Origin: Bdellovibrionales bacterium
GTDB taxonomy: Bacteria; Bdellovibrionota; Bdellovibrionia; Bdellovibrionales; UBA1609
Direction of reading: 5' to 3'
DNA: 64,000 nt
Assembly: GCA_965199935.1 (NCBI GenBank)
Contig: CBDATD010000002.1
Location: forward strand, 128,050-192,049
The number at the start of each line of letters is the position of its first letter. The stretch's first letter is position 1. Positions 19,746 to 30,317 of the stretch are shown in pieces. Made by a program: the position numbers and the translations under genes. The notes beneath the pieces are model-generated. The model worked only from the letters and a program-made list of their open reading frames with translations, was not told the origin of the DNA and did no database searches.

Positions 19746-20684
19746 GTGAAAAAACTGATGATTCAAATTGAAACTTTTTTTGGCCAGGCCTACGACTGGC
19801 TGAATGTGGCTTTTAGTCATGAGTTGTTTTCAGTTGGAGACAAAACTCCTATTACGTTTGGACGCGTTCTCATCAGTTTGACCGCTTTTTTTGTCGGCTA
19901 CAAAATAATCCGCCTCTTGTCTCATCAGGTGGATAGAAGAATTCTCACCCATTTTGATGTGGAGCCTGCTTTCCGCCACAGCGCTAAGACTTATTCTTTC
20001 TACATTATGATGATTTTCCTCATTCTATTTACTTTAAAACTGTTAAATATTCCTTTAACGGCTTTCACCATTGTCGGCGGCGCTGTCGCTGTAGGTTTGG
20101 GCCTTGGGGCTCAAAATATTATTTACGATTTTTTAAGCGGCCTGGTGATTATGCTAGAGCATCCCATCCGCACAGGAGACGTTGTTGAGCTGTTGGATCA
20201 GCAGGATGTTGTGAGGGGGCATGTGGAGTACATTGGAGCCAGAGCCACACGCATCTACACTGTGGATAACAAGCATATTATTATCCCTAATAATTATTTC
20301 CTCAGCAAATCTGTATTGAACTGGACTCTCTCTGATGAAGTGATCCGCGCTGATGTTGAAGTAGGGGTGATTTACGGCTCCCCTGTGGAGAAGGTGAGGT
20401 CTCTGCTGTCTCAGGCCGCGGATGAAAATGAGAAAGTCAAGAAAAAGCCTCAGCCTGTGATCCTTATTTCTGATTTTGGAGACAACGCCGTTGTTTTTCA
20501 TTTGTACTTTTGGGCAAAAATCGCCACTGTCATGGATATGAAAAAGATTCAAAGTGAAATTAGATTTAAGATCACTGAACTTTTTAAGGCAAATAATATT
20601 GTCATCGCCTTTCCCCAAAGAGATTTACATTTGAAATCCTCTTCGGCTCCTCTACAGGTGGAGATACAAAAAACTAGTGTTTGA
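19746..20684 (+). CDS. MscS-family mechanosensitive channel
   Basis: GTG start with three or four N-terminal TM helices. The pore-helix/beta-domain pattern is GAVAVGLGLGAQNIIYDFLSGLVIMLEHPIRTGDVVEL followed by IIPNNYFLSKSVLNW. Confidence 0.85.
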   Translation: MKKLMIQIETFFGQAYDWLNVAFSHELFSVGDKTPITFGRVLISLTAFFVGYKIIRLLSHQVDRRILTHFDVEPAFRHSAKTYSFYIMMIFLILFTLKLLNIPLTAFTIVGGAVAVGLGLGAQNIIYDFLSGLVIMLEHPIRTGDVVELLDQQDVVRGHVEYIGARATRIYTVDNKHIIIPNNYFLSKSVLNWTLSDEVIRADVEVGVIYGSPVEKVRSLLSQAADENEKVKKKPQPVILISDFGDNAVVFHLYFWAKIATVMDMKKIQSEIRFKITELFKANNIVIAFPQRDLHLKSSSAPLQVEIQKTSV

Positions 20685-20717
20685 CTGGAGTCTTGGAGAT
20701 ATGATCTGATCGGCTCT

Positions 20718-21584
20718 ATGCCGGGTACAGATACATCCAAAGAAAAATCGGTTCACCCTTTTCCTCTGGAGCAAGTGGGCCTCAAAGACATTGAACTGCC
20801 TTTAGAAGTGCAGTGGGGGCGGCGGACGCAGTCTGCCTTAGCTGTTATTGAAGCTGTTGTGTCTTTGGACGACCCTCATCAGCGCGGCATCCATATGTCG
20901 AGAATCTATCACGCCCTTCATCAGTTTTCTGAAAATGAAATTTTGAGTCCGAAAACAATGAGAAGTCTTTTGAAAAAAATTGTGGACGCTCAAGAGGATT
21001 ATTGCTCCTCCGGCAGACTGCGCATCCAATGGAAAAGTGTTGTGGAGCAAAACTCTTTGGTCAGCTCGTATAAAGGCTTCCGTGTGTATCCTTGTTTTTA
21101 CGAAATGGATACAGAAGGAAGTTTTATCAGCGGTGTGGAGCTGTTGTACTCTTCCACCTGCCCCTGCTCGGCGGCTCTTTCCAGAGAGCTGGTCCAGGAT
21201 CAATTTAAAAAAGACTCTCCCTCTTCGGATCAAGTGATGGAGTGGCTGGGGAGGGAGAAGTCTATCGCCGGCACAGCGCACGCCCAGAGAAGCCGGGCTA
21301 AAATTCAAATAAAAACAAAAGAACAAAATTATTTAATGTCTGTGATCACTGAGGTGGAAAAGGCCCTGGCCGTGCCGGTTCAAACAGCTGTGAAAAGAGA
21401 GGATGAAAAACAATTTGCCCGCCTCAACAGTCAGAATTTAATGTATTCTGAAGATGCTGTCCGAAGAATCAAGCATTGTCTAGAGAGGCAGGGGTGGGTC
21501 ACAGCCTACCATGTGGAAATTGGGCATTTTGAAAGCCTTCATCCGTTTAATACTGCGGCCAGAACAATGAAAAATTGGAAATAA
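20718..21584 (+). CDS. folE2: GTP cyclohydrolase I type 2 (FolE2/MptA family)
   Basis: 288 aa. FolE2-type motifs are VGLKDIELPL, RGIHMSRIY, STCPCS and GTAHAQRS. Confidence 0.8.
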   Translation: MPGTDTSKEKSVHPFPLEQVGLKDIELPLEVQWGRRTQSALAVIEAVVSLDDPHQRGIHMSRIYHALHQFSENEILSPKTMRSLLKKIVDAQEDYCSSGRLRIQWKSVVEQNSLVSSYKGFRVYPCFYEMDTEGSFISGVELLYSSTCPCSAALSRELVQDQFKKDSPSSDQVMEWLGREKSIAGTAHAQRSRAKIQIKTKEQNYLMSVITEVEKALAVPVQTAVKREDEKQFARLNSQNLMYSEDAVRRIKHCLERQGWVTAYHVEIGHFESLHPFNTAARTMKNWK

Positions 21585-24123
21585 CCAGCAGGCGGAAAGT
21601 GAAAACAAAAGACGGCATTTGGATTCGAGGAGCGAGAGAGCATAATTTAAAATCCATCAATGTGTTTATCCCCAGAAATAAAATCACTGTTTTAACGGGG
21701 CTTAGCGGAAGCGGTAAATCCAGTTTGGCTTTTGACACTATTTATGCTGAAGGGCAAAGACGCTATATTGAAAGCTTTTCCTCATACGCCCGTTATTTTA
21801 TGGAAAAACTAAAACCTCCGGATGTGGATTCTATTTTGGGGCTTTCTCCTGTTGTCGCGATTGACCAAAAAACGATCAGCTCAAATCCCCGCTCGACCGT
21901 AGGGACAGCAACGGAAGTTTATGATTATCTGCGCCTCCTCTACGCAAAACTGGGGACTCCTGTCTGCCCCTCTCATCGTGTCCCTCTGGAAAAAACAACT
22001 CCTGCTGATATTGCCGTCAATGTTTTTAAAAGGAGAAAAAAATCTCCATTGAAAATTTTTGCTCCTGTGGTTCGCGGGAAGAAGGGGTTTATGCAGGATG
22101 TTGTTCAGAAATACATCAAAAAAGGTTTTGTTCGGGCGAGAGTGGATGGTCAAATGAGAAATTTAGATCAGGTTTCAAAGCTCTCCAAAAATAAAACTCA
22201 TCATATAGATATTTTAGTGGATCAGATATTTGCGGAGAAAAAATATTATGACCGCTTTTTAAAAAGCGCGGCGCTGGCCGCTGAATTGTCGGATGGATTT
22301 ATTTCTGTTGAGCTGGATCAGCCCCATTCCATTCAGATGTATTCTTTGAACGCCGTCTGCCCCATTTGTTTTTTTTCAGCTTTGGAAGTGGAGCCTAAAC
22401 TTTTCAGTTTTAACTCTCCGAAAGGAGCCTGTCCTGCCTGCAGCGGCTTGGGCTATGACAAAGAGGATGACCGGGTGGATGAAGAGGAATTGTTTTACTC
22501 CAAGGTCTGCTCTGTTTGTCAAGGAAGGAGGCTGTGTCCGGAAGCTCTATCCGTGTTGATTAAAAATAAAAATATTCACGAGTTGTCCTCAATGGATTTG
22601 GAGGGGCTGGAAAAGTTTTTAAAAAAAATTCGATTTCCCTCAAAGTATAAGGTGATTGCTGAAAATATTATTCAAAAAATCCTTTATGATTTGGAGGTGT
22701 TGAAAAAGGTAGGTGTTTCTTACCTAAGTTTGGAGCGTTCGGTTCTCTCCCTCTCCGGCGGAGAGGCACAGAGGATTCGGCTGGCTTCTCAAATTTCTTC
22801 TGTACTCAGGGGGGTTTTGTATATTTTAGATGAACCAAGCATTGGCCTTCATCCTGCAGACAGTGATGTTTTTCTGGAACTCATGCGAAAACTTAAAAAA
22901 AGGGATAATACAATTTTAATTGTAGAACACGATGAAACAGCTATTCGCTCTGCAGATTATATTGTTGACATCGGACCTGGAGCAGGGAGGCTTGGAGGGA
23001 GGCTGGTGGTTCAAGGGGTTTTGCAGGATGTTTTGAAAAATAAAAAAAGCCTCACCGGCGCTTATCTAGCTCACAGAAAAAAAATCATCATTCCCTCTCA
23101 GAGAAGAACAAACTTTAAGGAGCGTCTGGAGATTGTAGGAGCCAGAGGAAATAATTTAAAGAATGTGCATCTTAAACTTCCTTTGAAAACTTTTACCTGC
23201 GTCACGGGGGTGTCCGGCAGCGGCAAAAGCTCTCTGATTGTCGATACCCTGTATAGGGCCTTGTTTAAAAAAATCTATAAAAACAGCTTATTTCAGCCTC
23301 TGCCTTTTGAAAAAATACTGGGGTATAAATCCATTGAAAAAGTGATTTTGGTGGACCAAAAAACCGATTGGCAGAACTTCAAGATCAGTGCCGGCGACCT
23401 ATGTAGGCGTGATGTCTCTGATCCGCAGTTTTATGTCTCTGCTGGCTTCTTCAAGGGTGCGGGGCTGCACACCCTCTCATTTTAGCTTCAACGTCAAGGG
23501 AGGGCGCTGTGATTACTGTGAAGGAGCAGGGCAGATCGTACAGGAGATGCATTTTTTTATCTTCTGCTGTGATTCCCTGTGAAATGTGCCAGGGCAAAAG
23601 ATACTCTTCAGATGTTTTAAATATTTTTTATAAAGAGAAAAATATTTCAGACATACTGCAGATGACCGTTCGCGAAGCTCTGAGCTTTTTTAAAGACCAT
23701 CCACAGATTCACCGCCATTTAAAAAGTCTGAGTGATGTGGGGCTGTCCTATCTCACTTTAGGGCAGTCGTCTGCCGCCCTTTCGGGGGGGGAGGCTCAAA
23801 GAATCAAATTGACTCGTGAACTTTCCAAGAAAAATCAAGGAAACACTCTGTATATTTTAGATGAACCCACCACGGGCCTTCATTTTGATGATATTAAAAA
23901 ACTGCTGGATGTTTTGAATCGTTTAGTGGATAAAGGGAATACGGTGGTTGTTATTGAACACAATATGGATGTGATTAAATCCTGTGATTATGTTTTAGAT
24001 TTGGGTCCGAGGGGAGGTCGTTTTGGCGGACGCATTTTAACTGGAGGCTCTCCTGAGCGTGTGGCGGGCGTGAAAGACAATCTGACAGGAAAATATCTTA
24101 AGAAGGCCCTGAAAACAGTATGA
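21575..24123 (+). pseudogene. uvrA: excinuclease ABC subunit A, reading frame broken twice
   Basis: Three consecutive frames (21575.., 23388.., 23509..24123) together give a colinear UvrA: GLSGSGKSSLAFDTIYAEGQRRY; zinc-finger cysteines; LSGGEAQRIRLA; then VDQK|PIGRTSRSVPATYVGV...FSFNVKGGRCDYCEGAGQI..EMHF|LSSAVIPCEMCQGKRY...LSGGEAQRIKL...LYILDEPTTGLH. The breaks fall in the A6 run at 23358-23363 and the T7 run at 23552-23558. Confidence 0.9.
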
Positions 24124-25511
24124 AAATTCAGGATAAATGTGCAGTTTTTGGCATCTGGAATCATCCTGAGTCCAGCGTGTTGGCGTATCTGGGGCTGTAT
24201 GCTCAACAGCATCGAGGCCAGGAGGGCGCTGGGATTATTTCTTTCGACTCAAACAGTTTTGATGTGCATAGAGGGCTGGGGCTTGTGGGAGAGGTGTTCA
24301 ATGAATCCCGCTTGAAAAGTTTAAAAGGCTCTTCAGCGATTGGCCATGCCCGGTATTCAACCAGAGGGAAGAGTCAAGATGAGCAAAGCCTCCAGCCTTT
24401 GAAAGCTGTGATTCAAGGCCGCGCTTTAGCTGTGGCCCACAACGGAAATTTTACAAACTTTTTAAGTCTTAAAAAACAATTAACTCAAGAAGGTTTTCGC
24501 TTCAAAGGGACTGGAGATACAGAGTGTTTAATTCATTTGATCAACAAGTATTCTGATGAAAAATCTTCCTTTTTGGAAGTTTTGAAAAAATCTCTTTCTT
24601 GTATTGAGGGGGCTTACAGCTTGGTTCTGCTGAGTGCGGACCGATTGATTGCTGTGCGGGATCCAAGGGGGTTTCGCCCTCTTGTTCTGGGCCGGAAAAT
24701 AATGAAAGAAGGGCGGATTTCCTATATTACAGCCTCCGAAACTTGTGCTTTTGATTTATTGGGCGCGGAGTATATGAGGGAAATTTCTCCCGGAGAGATT
24801 TTGGTTTTGTCGAAAGAAGGTCTTTCCTCTGTTTTTATGGATTCGAAGCAAAGCAGAAAAGCCTGTATCTTTGAGCATGTGTATTTTGCGCGTCCGGACA
24901 GTCAGGTTTTTGGCTCCAGCGTTTATTTAAAACGCAAGAGTATGGGGAGGGCTTTGGCTTTGCAAAAACCGGTGCCGGCAGATTTAGTGATTCCAGTGCC
25001 GGACAGCGGTGTTTCATCAGCTTTGGGCTACTCAGAAGAAAGCAAAATTCCCTTTGAGATGGGCATCATCCGAAACCATTATATTGGAAGAACTTTTATT
25101 CATCCCAGTCCAAGCATTAGAAACTTTCGAGTGCGTATTAAACTGAACCCTCAGCATGCTTTGATTAAGGGAAAATCTGTGGTGGTGGTGGACGATTCCT
25201 TAGTGAGAGGGACAACGTCTAAGGCTATTGTCAAAATTTTACGCTCCGCCGGCGCTAAAGAAATTCATTTTCGAATTGCTTCTCCTCCTGTGACAGACCC
25301 CTGCTATTACGGGGTGGATACTCCTGAAAAAGAGCAGTTGATCGCCGCCAAGAAAAGTTTGGATGAGATGAGGAAGTTTTTACAGGTGGATTCTTTGGAG
25401 TTTTTATCTGTTGAAAATTTATTAAAAGCCGTAGATCCGGAAAATGAAGGGTACTGCCGGGCTTGTTTTACGGGGAAATACCCCACCCCTGTTGAAAAGG
25501 AGTTAAAATGA
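24120..25511 (+). CDS. purF: amidophosphoribosyltransferase
   Basis: The N-terminal Cys nucleophile context is DKCAVFGIW. Also present are AQQHRGQEGAGI and the PRTase loop VVVVDDSLVRGTTS. An ATGA overlap joins it to the uvrA stop. Confidence 0.95.
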   Translation: MKIQDKCAVFGIWNHPESSVLAYLGLYAQQHRGQEGAGIISFDSNSFDVHRGLGLVGEVFNESRLKSLKGSSAIGHARYSTRGKSQDEQSLQPLKAVIQGRALAVAHNGNFTNFLSLKKQLTQEGFRFKGTGDTECLIHLINKYSDEKSSFLEVLKKSLSCIEGAYSLVLLSADRLIAVRDPRGFRPLVLGRKIMKEGRISYITASETCAFDLLGAEYMREISPGEILVLSKEGLSSVFMDSKQSRKACIFEHVYFARPDSQVFGSSVYLKRKSMGRALALQKPVPADLVIPVPDSGVSSALGYSEESKIPFEMGIIRNHYIGRTFIHPSPSIRNFRVRIKLNPQHALIKGKSVVVVDDSLVRGTTSKAIVKILRSAGAKEIHFRIASPPVTDPCYYGVDTPEKEQLIAAKKSLDEMRKFLQVDSLEFLSVENLLKAVDPENEGYCRACFTGKYPTPVEKELK

Positions 25512-26407
25512 CCAGCCGTTTTTTTGTTGTGGATGTTATTGCTCCGGCTTCTTCAGCCTCTGCCGGGGATATAAAAAAAGCTGCGGCCTGCTTAAAAAAA
25601 ATGGGCTTAAAACCCAGATGGAGGGGCTCTATGAAACAATCTTCTCTGTTTGCTCAAAAAAGCTCTGAGGCTTTTGAAAATTTTAAAAAGGCTTTAGGGG
25701 CTGAGGATTCTTTGCTCATTTGGAGTTTGAGAGGAGGGTACGGGAGTGTTCGTCTTTTAAAGTTTTTGGATTCCATGAAAAGACGCCCTTCTATAAAAAA
25801 AATATTTATAGGCCACAGTGACACCACTGTTTTGCATGACTGGATTCACAGTCGTCTTCAGCGGCCCACTTTGCATTTTCCTGTACTGAAGGATCTGCCT
25901 GAGACGGCTCTGTCTTCCCAGAAGAAATTTAAAAAACTTCTTTCAGGGGAGAAACAGATTTTTTTTCCTCCTTTGGAAATATTAAACTGGAGGAGTTTCA
26001 AACGGAATAAAAAAATAGTTTCTCAAATAACCGGGGGGAATATGACTCTCATTCAAAGCTCCCTAGGCACTCCTTGGAGTGTTTCAAGAAAAGGGATTCT
26101 GTTTTTAGAGGACGTCAATGAACAGCCTTACCAAGTACACCGGATTTTGTGGCAGATGAAACACAGCGGGGTTTTTAAGAATATACGCGCCGTTATTTTT
26201 GGAAGATGGAAAAAGTACAGTAAGGACATTATTCAAAAAGCACTCAAGCCTTTTGCAAGCGAGGCGGATTTTCCGGTTTTAACAGGGCTTCCCTGCGGCC
26301 ACGGGCGGGTCAACGACCCTCTTCCTTTAGGGGTTCAGGCAGAGTTAAATTTTGAAAAAGGCAGAGGGCTGCTGCAAGTCAAATCTCCTTTCTTAGGGGA
26401 GAGTTGA
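25508..26407 (+). CDS. ldcA: LD-carboxypeptidase (peptidase S66, muramoyltetrapeptide carboxypeptidase-like)
   Basis: 299 aa. S66 motifs are RGGYGSVRLL, the Ser nucleophile in IGHSDTTVLH, and the C-terminal GLPCGHG. It is adjacent to mpl, consistent with peptidoglycan recycling. Confidence 0.8.
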   Translation: MTSRFFVVDVIAPASSASAGDIKKAAACLKKMGLKPRWRGSMKQSSLFAQKSSEAFENFKKALGAEDSLLIWSLRGGYGSVRLLKFLDSMKRRPSIKKIFIGHSDTTVLHDWIHSRLQRPTLHFPVLKDLPETALSSQKKFKKLLSGEKQIFFPPLEILNWRSFKRNKKIVSQITGGNMTLIQSSLGTPWSVSRKGILFLEDVNEQPYQVHRILWQMKHSGVFKNIRAVIFGRWKKYSKDIIQKALKPFASEADFPVLTGLPCGHGRVNDPLPLGVQAELNFEKGRGLLQVKSPFLGES

Positions 26408-27862
26408 ATGCAGTTTATGGCGCATAAAGGCTCCAGAGGGCAGTTGACTTCTGTTTCTTTAAAACCGGGGGATTGTATTCATTTTATAGGCATCTCAGGC
26501 ACAGCTATGGCCGGTGTGGCAGGTGTTTTAAAAAGCCGGGGTTTTCAAGTGCAGGGCAGTGATTCAGGCGCTTATCCTCCTATGTCCGATCAGCTTAAAA
26601 AAACAAATATTCCATTGATGGAAGGCTACGAAGGCTCCCGCATTCAAGCCCCCGTTAAATTGGTGGTTGTCGGTAATTCTATTTCCTCTGCAAATGAAGA
26701 AGCCAGGGCTTTGACTGCTGGAGATATTCCTTATCTGAGTCTGCCTGAAATTATTCATTTTGCTTTGATTCAGGACAAACAAAGTTTAGTGGTTTCAGGC
26801 ACTCATGGAAAATCCACGACCAGCTCTATGGTGGCCTGGCTGGCGGAGTTCCTGGGCTGTCACCCCAGTTTTCTTATAGGAGGGGTGCCTAACAATTTTA
26901 ACCAGTCTTTCAAACAAACAGATTCTTCGTGGTTTGTTATTGAAGGAGATGAGTATGATACGGCTTTCTTTGATAAAAGACCGAAGTTTATTCACTATCA
27001 GCCTTTTTCAGTTATTTTAACAAGTATTGAATTTGACCATGTGGATATTTACGACAGTTTGGAAAAAGTAAAAAACAGCTTTGAAATGCTGTTGAGGTCT
27101 ATTCCTCAAGACGGGTTTCTAATCGCTAACGGCGAGGATAAAAATATTCAGGATATTATACATCATGCTTCCTCTAAAAATGTGATTACGTATGGGGTGA
27201 CCACAGGAGACTACAGACTGGAGGACCGAAGACCCTGCAATAGAGATGGTTTTCAAACTTTTTCTATTAAAACTCCTCAAGGGGATAAGGTGCGGATTCA
27301 ACTGCCTGTTTTCGGCCTCCACAACGCCATGAATGCTGTATCAGCTTTTGCTTTATGTAACGAGTTGAAGTGGGATCAGGCTCAAACAGTGAAAGGTCTT
27401 TCTTTGTTTCGAGGGGTCAAGAGGCGCTGTCAAATTTTAAAAGAATCAGATCGAGTGGTTGTGATTGAGGACTTTGCCCACCACCCGACAGCCGCTAAAG
27501 CTGTTTTAGGGGCGCTCAGGGAGCGTTACCCTGAGCGTGATATTATTGCTGTGTTTGAGCCGCGTTCAGCTTCCTCTAGGAGGAGTGTCTTTCAAAAACG
27601 TTATGTGAGTGCTTTTTCTAAGGCGGATCGAGTGTTTACAGCTCCTCCTTTTCGGGAGTTTGAAATTCCTTCGGATCAAAGATTTTCTTCTAAAAATTTA
27701 GTGCAGGATTTGAATGTGCAAGGCACCCCGTCTTATCTGTATGACAATGTGGAGGTCATGGCTCAAGAAATTGTTCAATCTATCAAAAAGAAATCAGTGA
27801 TAGTCATTATGAGCAACGGCCCTTTCGGCGGAATTCATCAGCTTCTTTCAAAACTTATTTAG
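26408..27862 (+). CDS. mpl: UDP-N-acetylmuramate:L-alanyl-gamma-D-glutamyl-meso-DAP ligase
   Basis: Mur ligase family. Features are IHFIGISGTAMAGVAGVL, the Mpl-typical GSDSGAYPPMSDQL, the P-loop GTHGKSTTSSM, and IEGDEYDTAFFDK. Confidence 0.85.
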   Translation: MQFMAHKGSRGQLTSVSLKPGDCIHFIGISGTAMAGVAGVLKSRGFQVQGSDSGAYPPMSDQLKKTNIPLMEGYEGSRIQAPVKLVVVGNSISSANEEARALTAGDIPYLSLPEIIHFALIQDKQSLVVSGTHGKSTTSSMVAWLAEFLGCHPSFLIGGVPNNFNQSFKQTDSSWFVIEGDEYDTAFFDKRPKFIHYQPFSVILTSIEFDHVDIYDSLEKVKNSFEMLLRSIPQDGFLIANGEDKNIQDIIHHASSKNVITYGVTTGDYRLEDRRPCNRDGFQTFSIKTPQGDKVRIQLPVFGLHNAMNAVSAFALCNELKWDQAQTVKGLSLFRGVKRRCQILKESDRVVVIEDFAHHPTAAKAVLGALRERYPERDIIAVFEPRSASSRRSVFQKRYVSAFSKADRVFTAPPFREFEIPSDQRFSSKNLVQDLNVQGTPSYLYDNVEVMAQEIVQSIKKKSVIVIMSNGPFGGIHQLLSKLI

Positions 27863-27981
27863 AAGAAAAGAGCTTGCCCTGCTAAAAGATCAATCCTAAA
27901 GTGACTTGAAGGCTGTTTTTTAGAGAAGGAGAAGAGTTACAAGACTTTGAAGAAAAGCGGAGAAAGAGCTTATGGGAGAGG

Positions 27982-28569
27982 GTGTTTAAAAAAATGAAAT
28001 ATTTTCTATTGTTGTTTTTTTTCTGCGGCTGTCAAAATGCGCAAAAAACCATTGTGGAAAAAAGCCGCCGGCTGGAGGAGGCTTTGTCGAGCGGCGGCAG
28101 TACGCTGTCAAGAAAGCTGTCTTTTTTGGCCAAGAAAAAAGCTTCCGCACGGCCTGAGGATGTACAGAAAAATTTGAACTCTATTAAAGAGAGGCTGGAT
28201 TTTTTAGAAAGAAATATGGTTTCCAAATCAGATGTGGATTCTTCCATAGAGCTTTTAAGGCGTGAGCTGTCAGAAATTAAACAAAGTCTTCCAAAGCCCA
28301 AAGAAAAACCTGTGAAAGAAAAAACTTTGCTGGAGCAGGCCGAAGAGAATTTTAAAAATAAAAACTGGAAGCAGGCTATTTTTGCTTATGAAGAGTTCCG
28401 AAAGAAAAACCCTCAATCGGGCAAGTTTGCGGAAGCCACTTTAAACATTGGATTGAGTTTTCAAAACTTGGATTTGAAAAAAGAAGGCCGTGTGTTTCTG
28501 CAGGAAGTGCTGGATCGATTCCCAGGCTCTCCGTCCGCCAAAAAAGCCAAGCAGGCTTTGGCGCAGTGA
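27982..28569 (+). CDS. YbgF/CpoB-like periplasmic coiled-coil + TPR protein
   Basis: Signal peptide with lipobox-like FFFCGC. It has a coiled-coil middle and a C-terminal TPR-like segment, AIFAYEEFRKKNPQSGKFAEATLNIGLSF...FLQEVLDRFPGSPSAKKAKQAL. The start is either the GTG at 27982 or the ATG at 27994. Confidence 0.6.
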   Translation: MFKKMKYFLLLFFFCGCQNAQKTIVEKSRRLEEALSSGGSTLSRKLSFLAKKKASARPEDVQKNLNSIKERLDFLERNMVSKSDVDSSIELLRRELSEIKQSLPKPKEKPVKEKTLLEQAEENFKNKNWKQAIFAYEEFRKKNPQSGKFAEATLNIGLSFQNLDLKKEGRVFLQEVLDRFPGSPSAKKAKQALAQ

Positions 28570-29588
28570 AAAAAGCGTTGGCTGTTGAAACCAGTTGTGA
28601 TGACACTTGCGTCTCTGTTGTGGGCGGGGACGGTTTTGTAGATCTGTCTTTAAAACAAGATCAAAATAAAATACATTCTCCTTTTGGGGGGGTGGTGCCG
28701 GAGAGAGCCAGTAGAAATCACAGCCGGCATTTACTGCCGCTTTTAAATCAAGCTTTGGAAAAAATTCCTATTCAAAAAATTTCTCTTTTAGCTTTCACAA
28801 ACCGCCCTGGTTTAATGGGTTCTCTTTTGGCCGGCTCAGTCACAGTCAGAACTCTTGCGGAGCTTTACGGCAAACCCGTACTGGGCGTCAATCACGTTGA
28901 AGGTCATATTTTATCTCCTTTTCTGTGGGACAAGGATTATCAAAAGAAATGGGATTTTCCTTATCTGGTTCTGGTGGTCAGTGGAGGGCATACTCATTTG
29001 TTTGAGGCCCGGTCTTTGTCAAAATATGTTTTATTGGGAAAAACTTTAGATGATGCGGCGGGTGAGGCTTTTGATAAATTCGCAAGATTTGTCGGCCTGC
29101 CTTATCCGGGGGGTGTTCATGTGGATCAAACAGCTCAAGGAGGGGAGTGTTCTTTTTCCTTTCCGGTGGCTATGCAGAAGAGAGGGCTGGATTTTAGTTT
29201 TTCGGGCTTGAAAACTTCAGCGTATTTATTATCAAAGAAGGTGGATTGCAAAAAAAACATAAAATCTTTATGTGCTGGCTTTCAGTCCGCGGTGGTGGAG
29301 CAAATTATGAATAAACTGTCTGAATGCATTCGTCTCTATCCTTCCTATAAGAGAGCGGCTGTGGTGGGAGGGGTCAGCGCCAACTCTCATTTAAGAAAGA
29401 GGTGCCTCCAGTGGGCTGAGAAACATTCCATAGATTTAGCGCTTCCTCCTTTAAAATACTGCACGGATAATGCGGCGATGATTGGCTATACGGCAGTTCA
29501 AAAATATTTAAGCGGAGATTTTTCTACAGATCTTAGCTGCAGCGCCGGACACAAACCGGAAGATTTTATAATTTCTCCGCCTGCATAA
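28566..29588 (+). CDS. tsaD: tRNA N6-adenosine threonylcarbamoyltransferase
   Basis: Kae1/TsaD motifs are ALAVETSCDDTCVSVV, GVNHVEGHI, VVSGGHTHL, DDAAGEAFDKFAR, GGVSANSHLR and YCTDNAAMIG. Confidence 0.92.
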   Translation: MKKALAVETSCDDTCVSVVGGDGFVDLSLKQDQNKIHSPFGGVVPERASRNHSRHLLPLLNQALEKIPIQKISLLAFTNRPGLMGSLLAGSVTVRTLAELYGKPVLGVNHVEGHILSPFLWDKDYQKKWDFPYLVLVVSGGHTHLFEARSLSKYVLLGKTLDDAAGEAFDKFARFVGLPYPGGVHVDQTAQGGECSFSFPVAMQKRGLDFSFSGLKTSAYLLSKKVDCKKNIKSLCAGFQSAVVEQIMNKLSECIRLYPSYKRAAVVGGVSANSHLRKRCLQWAEKHSIDLALPPLKYCTDNAAMIGYTAVQKYLSGDFSTDLSCSAGHKPEDFIISPPA

Positions 29589-29590
29589 AA

Positions 29591-30304
29591 CTAAGACGTA
29601 CGCGGGTTGAAGGTGGAAAAAATTTTCTTTATATCTTTTTCATTTAAAAAGCGGGCTTCCCCTTTGTTCAGAGATCCTAGTTTCAAGCGTCCTATGGCTG
29701 TTCTTTTGAGCCGTTTGACGCTAAACCCGATTTTACTGCACATATGATGGATTTGTCTGTTTTTTCCTTCTGTGATGACAATTTGGATCCATGCTCCTGA
29801 TTTTCTATGAATAGACAGAGCTTTCACACGCCCTCCGGGAATGCTCACACCTCTTTTTAATTTTTCCAGTTTTTTTATTTCAGGCCGCCCGTCCAGCTTT
29901 GCTAAATACGTTTTCGGAATTTGAGAACGCAGTGCTTTTTGTGAAAATTCTCCGTCATTGGTCATAAGCAGGAGGCCCTCTGTATTCCAATCCAAGCGGC
30001 CCACAGCAAACACTCTGTATTTCAATTTTTTAAAGTAGTGAAAAACAGTGGTTCGATGAGAAGGATCCTTACTGGAGGTGAGGGTTTTTGCCGGTTTATT
30101 AAAGGCGATATAGACAGGATGAAGAAAGGGGCGGACGGCTTTTCCCTTTATTTTTACTTGATCTATCTTGGGATCCACAAAAGAAGAAAGGCGGTGGACA
30201 ATGTGGTTGTTGAGACGCACCTTTTTTTCTTTAATCAAAAGATCTGCTTCTCTTCTGGAGTAAAAGGCATATTTTGAAATAAAATGATTGAGACGCAGTT
30301 TCAT
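29591..30304 (-). CDS. RsuA/RluB-family pseudouridine synthase
   Basis: The N-terminal S4 domain is RLNHFISKYAFYSRREADLLI. The catalytic motif is VGRLDWNTEGLLLMTNDGEF, and EGKNRQIHHM is also present. Confidence 0.88.
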   Translation of the reverse strand: MKLRLNHFISKYAFYSRREADLLIKEKKVRLNNHIVHRLSSFVDPKIDQVKIKGKAVRPFLHPVYIAFNKPAKTLTSSKDPSHRTTVFHYFKKLKYRVFAVGRLDWNTEGLLLMTNDGEFSQKALRSQIPKTYLAKLDGRPEIKKLEKLKRGVSIPGGRVKALSIHRKSGAWIQIVITEGKNRQIHHMCSKIGFSVKRLKRTAIGRLKLGSLNKGEARFLNEKDIKKIFSTFNPRTS

Positions 30305-30317
30305 AACAGAAAGAGAT

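Noticed and set aside
23350-23570. Programmed ribosomal frameshifting in uvrA
   Set aside because: It would take two successive +1 events within 200 nt, at plain A6/T7 runs, with no recognisable stimulatory structure, in a gene family not known to use recoding. A sequencing error or simple mutation is far more likely.
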